The notes beneath the pieces were generated by a model. That model worked only from the letters and a program-made list of their open reading frames with translations, had not been told where the DNA came from and did no database searches. From Guillardia theta CCMP2712 (Eukaryota; Protista; Cryptophyta), in NCBI RefSeq assembly GCF_000315625.1, contig NW_005434640.1, forward strand, positions 318,270-382,269: a stretch of 64,000 nucleotides of DNA, read 5' to 3'. Positions 42,461-54,300 of the stretch are shown in pieces (the stretch's first letter is position 1; each line of letters begins with the position of its first letter). The translations under genes were made by a program, and so were the position numbers.

Positions 42461-43146
42461 CAGCCACATCGGGTGTAATCATGTAGCGACTCTAGCTCTA
42501 GCTCTAGCTCTAGCACGTGAGTACTCGAGTGTACTCGAGTGTTTACATGTCGTTGAATCGTATGTAAAGTAGGCTTTCGTAGGACAGCAACTCAGATTCA
42601 GACTTCTCCCACAGGCTTCATTGATGGTATCGCGACATGGAGCGAGTGGGTGGATCTGTGCTTGTCTAACCAGAGGATGCCATGTTGATCCCCTTGCTTC
42701 TACCACAGAAGCTGATGCCCTCTTGACCGAGCACATTTCCTCGTTCCTTCGCCATCTTGACGTCGTGGGGCAGTCCATCCGAGGGAAGCAGCAGCAGCAG
42801 CGGGCAGAGGACGAACCAGAAGGCAGAGAGGGAAGAGAAGCCCCCAAAACCACCACCCCAGCAGCATTGCAGCTTTAAAAAGCAGCAGGATTAAGAGCAG
42901 GAGCCCAGCTGGGGCATAAGAGACAGATCAGTTGAGGGAATATTGAAATGCAAAGAGGAAACCAACATGAAGTCAAGTATTCATCATCACAAGATCACTG
43001 AAAATATTTCAATTCATTTCAAATCATCGACATCTTCGTCGTCTCCTCTTGTTCCACTGGATGTTGAGAGCAAGCCCTGCTCATCCTCTCGTTCCAGACA
43101 TCTCCCATGTCTGCTCTAGCAGAGTTGCGCTTGTCCCTTTGCTCGT

Positions 43147-46100
43147 TCAAACCTCTCGATGCGTAAGGCTGTACGCAACTTGTTTGAAAGTCTCCACTAG
43201 CTGCAGGCCCTCGAACTGTTACAGGAGTCAGGGATCAGCAATTTCAATCCTGAAACTTACAGCTTGCAGTAGTGTGCCCCCTCCTTGCACAGCCAGCGCA
43301 GACAGCTTGTCTGTCTGTGCACCTTGTCCAAAGGCAAGGGTATGAACCTTGAGATGCTCTCTGTACTCATCAGCGATTGTCTGAGGGAAGAAGTTAGCAG
43401 AAGAGTTATGAATGAGCAGATTGTTCACTTGATACCTTCATCTCCCTTTCTCCGTCGTTGCTTTGACCATCGGACATGAACAACAGGAAGTTGTGATAGG
43501 CCTTGACATCTGAATCTTCTAACACGTGCAAAGCACCTTGCAAGCCTTGTGCAAACGAGGTCCCCCCACCTGGATTGATGTTGTTTAAGCAATCATGAGG
43601 ATTGCTGTCCACTGACATTCTTTGACATGCGATTTGAAAGGAACGGTTGAACACAATGATAGAGATAATGTTTTTGTTGCTATGATCCTTCATGATCTCA
43701 ACAAACTTGTCAACTGCATTCTTGAGATCAATCCATTGCTGTCCACACATTGATCCAGATTGATCAAGTACAAGAATGGAATGGTGATACTCTGGCTTCT
43801 TCCTCATACTTCCTGGATCAACCAACACCGACTCTTCGGATGTTTCCTCCAGCAGCTTTCTTGCCTCTACGAAGTTCTTCTGTTTCACATACTCGGCTAT
43901 TCTGAGTGTTCTGTTGTGTTTTTCTATTCCTTCGGAGTGTCTTTTCCCTAACAACTCGTATTTGTCGGCCAAGGCTTTTGCCCTCTTTTTCTTGAGATAT
44001 TCCGTCCAGTCCAAGCCTGTGGATTCCTTGTCGACGTTGGAGGCCTCTAAGTACCCGAGCTCGTCTTCGAACAGGATGATCTTGGTAGAGCCTGGGTCAT
44101 CTTGCCTGCATGTCCGACCGAAGATCTGCTTTTCTTCTGACTCATCCTCAGGAAGAAAAGTTGTCAAAACGTGCACGCCTCCGTATTTGACAAGTGCTTT
44201 GTCAAAGCAAACAAAGTCAGTCCCTCTGCCGTAGGCCCTTGTCATGAGAGTTACGGTGAAGGGCCGGATGGCCTTTTGAATGTTCGATTGTCGCTCAGCG
44301 GGGCTCATCTCGTCCAAGAGCTCGAGGAACCCGTGATACTGGTTGATGTTTGGTTTTTGTTTGTTCAATTCTTCAGCAAATCTTCGCAGAGAGTTGATGT
44401 CTTTGAAAATCACAAGTATGGCTCTTCCAGAAATCAGCTTTTGTTCAATGTCTCGACGGACTTGCAGGAAGAAATCGTTCCACTCTCCGACGACAACTTC
44501 CATCGTTTCCTGTTGTGCTGGCTTCTTCTGAAAGGTGGAGGGCAGAAACGTCTTGTTCTGAAATTTGTATTCTTCAAGCAGCTTGGTCTGAGCACTTGTC
44601 AAGCAGTCCAAAGTTCCCGTCATTCCCAGACAGGCTGCATAGCACTTTGGAATCTGAGAGTAGAGCAGCTCGCCACATACTGGGGAGATATGGAGGAAAC
44701 GCATAACTTTGTCCAACTGCAGCTCTTTTGTATTGTGGACACAGTGCAGATACGTGAAAGTCGTCACATACCCAAGGGTGGCAGCAAAGTTGGGGACACC
44801 GCTGACGGGATCGATATAACCTATCTGCTGCTTGTTCTTGTCAACGACGTGTTGTGGCAAGTCTGGTACATCTAGACCAGAATCCGACGCAAACAGTTCG
44901 AGAGCATTAAGCATCTTCTCAAACTCAACTTCGAGCATTCTGGTTGTGAGAAAGGGAAACACTAGCTGCAAATCTTTTGTCTCTTGGCGACTCAAGAGTC
45001 CTTTGATGATACTGGATGAGTTCTTTAGATGATACCGTTGTTGCCACATGTAGTCGATGATAGGATAGCTCGGATGATCTGTCATGCTAGGTAAGAAAAG
45101 ATCTTGTTGCGGCCTGTACAGCTTTCCATAGAAATTCTCACTAAAGAACACGTCGACCTCGTCCATGAGCAAGATTGATTCGCGTTGACTAGATGATGTC
45201 CTGCTCTTAGAGCTCTGAGTCTTTAGAATGGGTAGGAGATTCATACACTGGTGTAACCTGCCTTGAATACTACTTTGATGGCAAAGAATCTCATGATAAA
45301 TTCGCCTCATGTCTGCGAATTCAGTTGGAAAGAGAGAAGATTTCATTATCTTCGATGACAAGATGTCGAAGTTGGAATAGCTGACATGTTCTTTCACATT
45401 TAGCTCGTTAAAGATTGCTTCAAAAGCCTGTTCGTCTCTCTTCGACAAATATTCACTATAACAGACCACGTCAACTCGAAAGCCCAATTTTGCCAGCACG
45501 ATTGCTGTAAAACCCAGGGCCAAGGACTTTCCTTCTCCTGTGTTGATCTGAATCAGATGATTGCCCAAGCTGCTCTGATCTAGGCCGAGGAGTCTGAGGA
45601 TGCCGAGGATCTGAGCGCTGTGAGGCTGACGGACTTTGTTCTTCTCCACTCCAATCTGATCAGCAGGAATCGACAAAAATGTCCAGTGACCGCAAATCAG
45701 ACCTAGGAATCGTCCGAAATCTTTTGGGACTTTTGATAAACGTGTTGCGTTGGATTTGAGTTGGTTTGCAAGAGAGTCGATCTCTTCAAGTATACTTGAC
45801 TTCTTCTTGCTGTAATCGTCTCTGTTGCTGATCACCCTATTCACGATCTTATCGTAGGTATCCTTGAACTCTTTGTAACAATTCATGAGCTTGTTATTGT
45901 TTGAGTTTGCAGGTTCACATTTCAAGTTCACGAGGGCCATGCCAAATCTGACAGCCCCTGCCTTCTCATTGAACATCTCAACGCTGAATATTTCAAACTG
46001 AGGAAATGTAGAGAGAATGAATTGAGCTTGTTCAGCCACAGATGACAATCGACTGTTTTCGGCGTTGGCATATTCCTTGAGTAAAACTCCTAAATGGTAA

Positions 46101-49100
46101 AGATCGTCACCTTTCAAATGTTTCAGAATTTCATCTGTGACAAAGGTCTTGAAGTCTTCAATCAAATTCAATTCTGAACAAACACCACAGCTCTTGATCA
46201 AGAGCTTGGCTAATATCTTCTCGGATTCTCTTCTCTTCGCTGAGATCTTTGCAGAATTTTCCAAGCTCTTTCTGAAATGCTGTATGATATCGGTTATTCG
46301 CTGTTGGGCTTCGGTGACAAATCTCTGCTTGGGTTCCTCTATCTCTGGGAACTTGAGCTTTAAAGTAGAAAAGACTTTGCAGAAATGTCTGAGTTCATTG
46401 AATTCCAGAAACCTTTCGTCTTTGATGTCACGATGAATTTCTTCTTTGACGTCTTCAATTTTTTTGCTGATCCAGTCCTTTACACACTTCCTCAGTCCAT
46501 CAAGCTCCAGGTGTATGTTATGTTCTTTGAGGCGGACTTGAAGAAACTCTAACATGCTGAAACGATCTACCAGCGGAAGAAGCTTGTTGCCTGATATGAA
46601 ATCTTCGATAATCTGCGGGGATTGCAAAGACTGAAGGTGAGGCTGCAGATGTAAGATACAATCACGATACAGATCTGACATTGCCCCTTGAGTATCTCTG
46701 AGCTGCTCGATAGCATGGACAAGCTCCTCCTGATCGTTGCGGTTGTGGTTTGCGAGACCACCTACAAGCATACTGATTCTCTGCACGAGCCGTTGCATCG
46801 CCTCCCTTTCGCATTGTTTCTTCGCTCTTTCTTGCATCCTGCCAACTGCAAGTTGCAGCTCCTGGATCCTTGAATCGAACATGCATGGCCAATTCTCCTT
46901 ACAATGTTCCAGGTTGTGACGGATTCTAGAGATGGTGTTGTTATCAATACCGACACTCGCGAGCTTATCAATGCAATCAACGTCGAACGTGAATTCGCAG
47001 AGGAGCTCACGATGTTGTTTCTCCATGTCAGAATCCTCAATCTCTTTGATCAAGAGTCTAAAGTCTTGCTCGGCTTTTTCTTGCTGACGGAGCACAGTGG
47101 TCTGAAAACGTTGAATGTCATCTTTGATCTTTGAGACCATGTTCTCCCTCATTTTATCAAATTCGTCGATGACTTTGCCTGTCGGCACTTGTGCAAGCTT
47201 TTTTAATTCTTTCTTGCACTCGGCATACACCGCAGACGTCTTGTGATGTAGGAGTTGTTCAAGATAGTCATCGCCTGATCTCAGGATCTCACGAGCAATG
47301 TTTCCCTTGTCCTTCTGAAATTCTTGTTCAAAATTCTTCAGCTCCTGCTGCATTTTGCATCGAATTTCTTGAATCTTGGAATTTGCTGTCAAATTCTGCA
47401 AGAATTCGTTGACCTCTTCAAAGATGTCGTCGTATAGTTGAGAGTCTTTGGATTTGAGTCCTTGTAGTAATTCCCTCAGTTGACTGACGGGAGTTTGAGA
47501 AAAGCCATATTGCTTCAAGCAGCTCAAATCTCCAAGCCTTGGTGGATTGCTAAGAATATAAGCAAAACGGTCTGCAACAATTTCAGACTGAGAGGATTTC
47601 AGCCTTTCCATGATTGAGCTAAATTCAAATCTTTGCAGCCTGCGACCACTCTTTTGCTCTTTCAGAAATGATTCAGCCGCTTCTATCAACTTTGAAGTAA
47701 GCTCTGTCTTCAAGCCGGTCAACTTCTTGATCTCAACAGTAATGCCAGGAATATATCTAAGTTTGTTCAGCGTGCTCATCTTTTGGTCATGCTTGACCAC
47801 ACCTTTGACGAGCTCCTTCTCTACCATTGACTTCTTTGCCATGATCTTTTCAGCCCATTCCTGCATGTCTAGCATCATGGTCTCTTTGACTTTTTCATAG
47901 CCTTCTGTAATCTTTGAGATGACTTGTTGTGCTGTAGCGCGGGCAAAGAGTTTTTCCAAGAACTCGTTGATTTCATTCATACTGATGTCGTACTTGGACT
48001 TGTCGATCCTCTCAAGCTGATCAAGCAGGCTCATCAGCTCTGTCACAACACTTCCATTGAAATTGCACTCGCGAAGTTTCTTCAATTCCTTCAAGTCCAT
48101 GGGATAGTGAAGAATATTGATGATTGCTTCAAACGAAGATTTCACGATCTCTTGAGAATCTCGTTTGAGTTTCTCAATATTTGCTGCAACTCGTTCATCT
48201 ATATCAGCTTTCTGTCTGTTAAGCTTGGCAACACAGCCTTGGGCAACAGAACAGAGATCTCTGATCATTGTTTTCTCACGTTGCTTCAAGGATTGCTGTA
48301 ACGATCTTCCATCCTGCAAATCACTTTTCGTTTCGATAAATTGCCATGATGTACTGTACATCGAATCCATGGACATTTTGTTGTGCAAATATTCTGGAAA
48401 ATTTTCTTCTGGAACAAGAGCGGTCTCTTTTTGGTGGAGATCTTGTTGCTCTGAAGTGTAGAACTTGTTGTAATACTCCTCCAACCTTTCTTCGATTTTG
48501 TTCAGTTTTTGCTTCACCGCCTTCAGATAGATTTTCTTGTAAATTTTCTGTAATTCTCTGGATTTTTCGTCATGCAGTTCAGGATATTCAGATTGAAATA
48601 CGGACAGAATTTCCCAAACTCCCAGGGTTTGGAATGCCTTGACCTGCCAATTGAAGAGTTACTCTAATCATATTTCAGCAATTTTCAGAGAGATTTGACC
48701 TGAGGAGTATCTTGGACCTCCAACGTTTTGTCACTGAAGATGTCGAACTCCCTCTCTACCACCTGCAAGGCCTCGTCTCGTAGGGCCCTCAGCGCGATGT
48801 CAAAGTTTCGAGCTAGAGTGACTTTCCTGCAATCCTCAACTTGCTCTTTGAACAGAGAGACAATGTTTTGTGAAAACGTCCCAATGATCCCGTCTAGGGG
48901 AAGCTGATCGCCAAACAAGAAATACCTCTTGCTTTGCCTCATCGCTTGCAGCTTTTTGGCCTCCTCCAAGTGATTTGACAAGGTTTGACATTGTGGAAAA
49001 CTCGAGAATTCATCTAAGAATGTCTCCAATGTAGTATCTGATTCTCGCGGATAGAACTTGTTCGGTTGCTTTTGAGCCAAGTCGCAGACATGAGATTTAA

Positions 49101-50794
49101 CTTGCAGGAAACAAGTCTCGAGGTCAAATCTCACCTGGGTCTGCTCTCTTTTCTGCTGGTTCATTTCCTCTTGTCGTATTTGCGACTCAGATCTCGCAAA
49201 ACAAGCTCTGAGGCCAGTCAAACCCTCCATTGCACCCTCAAGCTCCTTGGCTTTTTCCATAATGATGAGATACTTTCTAAGACAGCGCCTTGCTTTTCTT
49301 GAAAAGTCTGTTTTCCATGAGTTGATGGCTAATTCCCACATGTGAAAGATGTCCTTGATCTGCTTGGTTATATTGTCCATGCTCTCGTCTATCACTGGAG
49401 TCTTGATGACTTGAAAGTTTTTCAGCTTGTCGAGGAGATTCATCACTTCCGCTAGATCTCCAGCACGCAGAGCCTTGGAGATATCATAGCGAAAGACGAA
49501 ACCGATTCTTGACAGGAGGTAGATATCGTCTTGGTTCAAAGGAGGTCGGAACACGTCTTCTCGCACACTGACAGGTGGCATGTTTAACAGCCTGTTGATC
49601 AAGGCTTCACGCGACATTCCTTCGGGATGTCGGTTGAGAGGGTCGTAGATCTGAATGATGTCTTGGTTTCCATCAAGATGCAACCCCGCATCTTTCATCA
49701 TATTGACAAGACAGTTCCTAAGAACATGGAGAGGCTTGAGTTCTGAAGCTGCCTTGGTCACGCAGCATAAGATGCTTTTAATGTCGGCTTGCACCCATCG
49801 CTCCTCTCCGAAAAGTTTCAGCAAAACCTTAATCGTGTCCTTGATGATGGATCCTCGACTTGAAAACAGTGATTTTGCATCGAGAACCAGGACCATCGCT
49901 AGTCCTCCTCCTCTAGACCATGTGAGCAGTTTGCAGAGATTAACAGCGTTGGCAATGTTCACTTCGGATCCGTTTGTGTCCTCAAAACCAGGAGCATCCC
50001 ACAACGTGATCGGAATTCCATTGAGAACGATAGGATGCAGCAGCTGCGTTTCTGAGGTGTTGAACTTGAATCCGATATCAGTGACTGAATCCATCGGCCC
50101 GCCTTCGCTTACAGGAACAACACAGAGAGAGCTTCCAGCGTTCATCATATCAATGTGAGTGTCTTCTTCAGTCACAAGTCTGAGTTGACATCCAGCCAAG
50201 CTGTTTGTGAGTGTGCTCTTTCCGCTCCCCGTGACTCCGACAATCACCACATTGCGTTTTCCCTCCAGCGCGGCCTTGTCAGGGAGGAGGCTTTCAGACA
50301 ACTGTTGCAAGATGTTAGATATACTCGATCGGATCTTGTCTTCATCTCCAGACAATTTCATCTCGAGTAGCCCCGATAGTGAGTCAGGTTCTTCACTCTC
50401 ACTCTCAGAATAGTCTTCCACTGCTTGGCCGAGAGATGGTCTAGACCAGCTGAAAGCTGAGACGGCATGATCTGATTGTACGGATTCACGCTTGATGATG
50501 GAAGCTGCCATGTTGTTTCTCGATGCCCCTTTGTCGTTCTGGCGTTGTGCACTTCTTGAACATTCTGGACTGGAAACATACAACTCACTTTTCTGTCTCT
50601 TGACATGGGTGGTCCTTCTGTGTTCGTGGGATGGGGTATCAGCATATGGTTCTAAAATCGATATTCGTGAGTCAACGACATGTCAATTAGAGAGCAAACG
50701 TTTACTCACCTTCTTGTCGTCTGTTCTTCTTCAAAGATCTCTTGTCATCATCTGGTTCGTCTTTGAGAGGCTCATGGCGATCAGCCCATGGCAT
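43147..50794 (-). CDS. ~2,477-aa fusion: P-loop GTPase + helical/coiled-coil stalk + SecA-like SF2 ATPase + vWA; exons 50710-50794, 48700-50651, 43436-48643, 43261-43380, 43147-43215
   Basis: GTPase: GVTGSGKST, WDAPGFEDT, VTKA. SecA motifs: INTGEGKS, VCYSEYLSKRD, DEVD, GMTGTL, GRGTDF, GGVHVL, QIFGRTCRQDDPGS. vWA: LDQSGS, GGTSF, MSDG. All four 45-58 nt GT-AG introns preserve frame. Confidence 0.85.
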
Positions 50795-51392
50795 TTCAGA
50801 AGGATGCGAACAGCGATGCTGCGGTAAGATGTACGCCAGTGGGGCCGTCAATCTGCTAGCTAGGGGCTCACTTCGGTGGTACAGTTGGTGACTTGATCGA
50901 TCTGCTCAGTGGGGGTAGGGTCCATACCAGTGCGTTAAATGGGTAGGTTCTATCGTCTAGATGATAGGGTAGGGGTACTCATAAACTAGGGACCCGTCGG
51001 TCGATACAAGAGTATCACCGGTGATGAGGCAGCTAGGAAATGGTTTTGGTGGGAGCTCAACTTGTACCGGGGCAGCGGGGCAAGGGCAGTACTACCGTAG
51101 CAGGTACTGCAGACTGTACACGGTACTGTTGAGATGTACTAGCCTGCTACTAAGTTGAAATATCGCTATTCATGATACAGCAACTTAGTGTACTACAATC
51201 GGTACCGGCAGTACCGTACCTGGTACCGTACCGTGTCCACTGGGTCCACCATCCTGCGCGCCCCCCTCAGTCATGCACTGCGAGAAAAGACATCGTCTTG
51301 TAATTAGAACCTTCCCACTATATGCCTTTGTCTGCCCTGCTGGCACTAGGAACACAAAATCCTGGCAATGGCGGTAACCACAAACTCGTCTC

Positions 51393-54300
51393 ATGGCAGC
51401 GCCTCCTCATCCTCCTTGTCGCCCTCAACCTCCCTCCCCGAATCATCACCCTTCACCCTCCGTATGTCCTCGTCCTCGTCCTCGTCCGTTTGACTGCCTC
51501 TTGTGCACATGCACGTCAACGCAGTGGAATCATGCCCACTTGCGAACTTTGGTTGTGTTTGAACTTCCCTGTTTCTTCCTGTTTCTTCCTTCTCGGTGGT
51601 CTTATCTTATCCCACGAGTTCATGTCTTCCCTTAAACTGTCTCGGTGAAGCTCAAAACCCCATGCTGATACCTCATCCAAGGCCGAAAGCGCCGCCAATG
51701 CCATTAAATTCCTCGAGTCGTGCACTTGGGCACTTATTGATGGTATTGCGATCTGGAGCACGAGTTTGTACATCTCATTTGTGCTGGTCCAGCGCGAGAG
51801 GATGACCAACTTGCTTCTATCACGGAGAAGGTGAATGTCCTGTTGTGTTCGCACTCTGCGCCATGCATGAATGCGTGTGCAGATGATATGCCGGGTCCTG
51901 TTCCACCTCCGAGCAGAAGCAACAAGACCCAAGGCGCTTGAAGTCGTCAAGAACTTGACCAACAGGCTCAAGTCCTCGTCTGTCAAGCTTCCTGTCGCGT
52001 CTCTTCTTGAGGTGGAGGAAGACGAGTCCTGTTGGTGACCGTTGATCTCTCACTTACCAGGTGTTTTCACAACCCGAGTCGTCGGCATACGAAAAGAACA
52101 TTGCCTTGTTCTTCATCGAGCTCGGCTGGACAGTGAGCCTGCTTCTATGTAAAAGATGATTCTAACTTTGATGCTTTGCGTCGCCCTCTCCTGTCCTTGC
52201 TGTCAAAAGCGTGCTGATGCCTCCACTCAAGCTCAAATGGTTCTCAAGCTTCTCCCAGGAATCAGCAAACAGATCGAACAGTGATGCCTAACTTTTATAC
52301 ATCTTCCGGCTCATTCTGTGCAGGCATCAAGTTTTATTTCTACAGATGATCCTATCTGCCATCGAACTTGTAACGCCCCTTCTTCGGGAGATCAGCTTGT
52401 GATTGAGCTCAATGTTCCAGGTTGGAAGCAAAACCGGATCTTCATGGGAGGAGATCAGCTCAAACGTTGGAAAGGATGATGTTGATGTTTTCCGCAACTT
52501 TTTGCTGGATGTTCTCCTGTATCTCCCTATGAAAGCGAGCAAAGAGGCGACGGCAAGCGATTCCACTCCTGTCGTCGAATGCCCTCCTGGGCTCTCCGAA
52601 GGATCTTTGACTTTCATCACGAGCAAAATTCAATCCAAACAGGTGATGATGATGGAAAATTGATAGCAACCTCTGAATGCTGCTGGAAGGAGAAGGAAAA
52701 GTACTTGATGGATCGCAAGGTTCCAATCCTGCAAGCTCTGCTTCAATTGGTTCCTCTCGCTGATATGCAGTGATATCTGCTATCCCTGATTTGTCACGCA
52801 GGAGAAGATAATTCCGCACGAGAAGATGCTCTCGCTGGCTGTCGTAGCCACGTGCGGTTCTCACCATGGTAGATTGCCTTTCGCGATGCCTTATGGACAC
52901 CAACTATTGCATCAGATGTGCGAAGAATGGGTGAGGAGCTACTGCGAGCAAAATCTCAGAGATCGAACTTTGAAGATCCAGATCTTGTGAAGGTTATTTT
53001 TCTTCTCTTCTTCTCTATCTCACCGGGTGCTCACATGACTGCAGGACTTGTACAAACTTCTGCTAGGGACGAAGAAGTCTGATGCAAAGACGATTGACAG
53101 GAAACCTGTGGACGTTCCCACGAGAGTTTCGAGTACTGATTCTGATTACTCTACCCTTGCCCTCTCTTCGTGCTTGTAACTCCTTGTGCTTTACTCTTGT
53201 CTTGTTTCTCAGTCCTGTTGCTCCCACTGCCTTCCGTTGTCAGCCCCATCTCTTCCATTCATTCTCTTCTTCGGTCCCTCTGTCCATTCTTTTTTTTCTC
53301 TCCTCATTACAAATCACCACGAGACGTTTCTTCGCATAATTGCTCAGCAACTAGCTGATCGCTTGTCGTGCAGTTCTTCCCTTCCTCTGCCGATCAGTCC
53401 TTGCGGCAAACTCATTCCCTTCAGCTATACAAGTGTAACATAAGGATTGTTTTCATCTGTTTTGATTTTTCTCAGGCAATTTTCAATGGTTTGTATGGCC
53501 AGGACTCAACAGCAAAGTTGAAGCAGGTATCGGAACACAGATAAGGACCAAGTAGAGGACTCAACTTGGGTACCCGCAGGCTACGATGCAACTTTGCATC
53601 TGGACGATGGCAAAATCAAGAGACGACATCTTTCAGGTAACGGAAACAGTGAGAGTTACCGGCCTTTGGATCCAGTTCATGGGATCAATCTGATGTTCTG
53701 ACGTCTCGTATCTCTTACAGCCGATTGTTCCTGTTTTGCTGTCTGGCCTGACAAAGTTTCTGACGAGCGTCGTTGGCACGGTGACCTCTCCTCCAAAGTG
53801 TTCTCATCTCAATCATCTCATTTCCACTAGGATGCCACAACTGTACAGCTACGAGGATACACGTATTCTGCCATTGGACAGGTTGTGCCTTTCTCCTGGT
53901 TTCGTTAAGACTCTGACCTATTCCTCTTCTCTCATCTCGTCCTCGTCCTGTGGCGCTCTGTACCTATTTGCTTCCTCCCGTGCCTTCTCCAGCTTGCCTC
54001 CAGAGCTCCAAAGTTGATCTCAGAAGATGTATCTATTGCTGAAAATCTCTTCCTTGCCCTTTCCACTGAACCTCCGGTGAGCTGTATGCGTATTCTGTGG
54101 CTTGTCTTGATACCGCTGCTCTTGCTGCTCTTGCTGCTCTTGCTGCTCTTGCTGCTCTTGCTGCTCTTGCTGCTCTTGCTGCTTCTTCTGCTGCTGTTGA
54201 TCAAGGATCGAGCAGGAGATTCGCGTTTCCGTGCAAGAGGCATTGTCCTTAAGGTCAGTTCATTTGTCGTTTCCTCCTTGTCCTGAGGCACTTGCAGTGT

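Noticed and set aside
43406-48517. Canonical preprotein translocase SecA
   Set aside because: No plastid presequence, no SecA C-terminal scaffold/finger region, and fused to GTPase and vWA domains.
51516-51986. 156-aa minus-strand ORF (superficially F-box-like)
   Set aside because: Antisense shadow of ECM29 N-terminal exons on the + strand.
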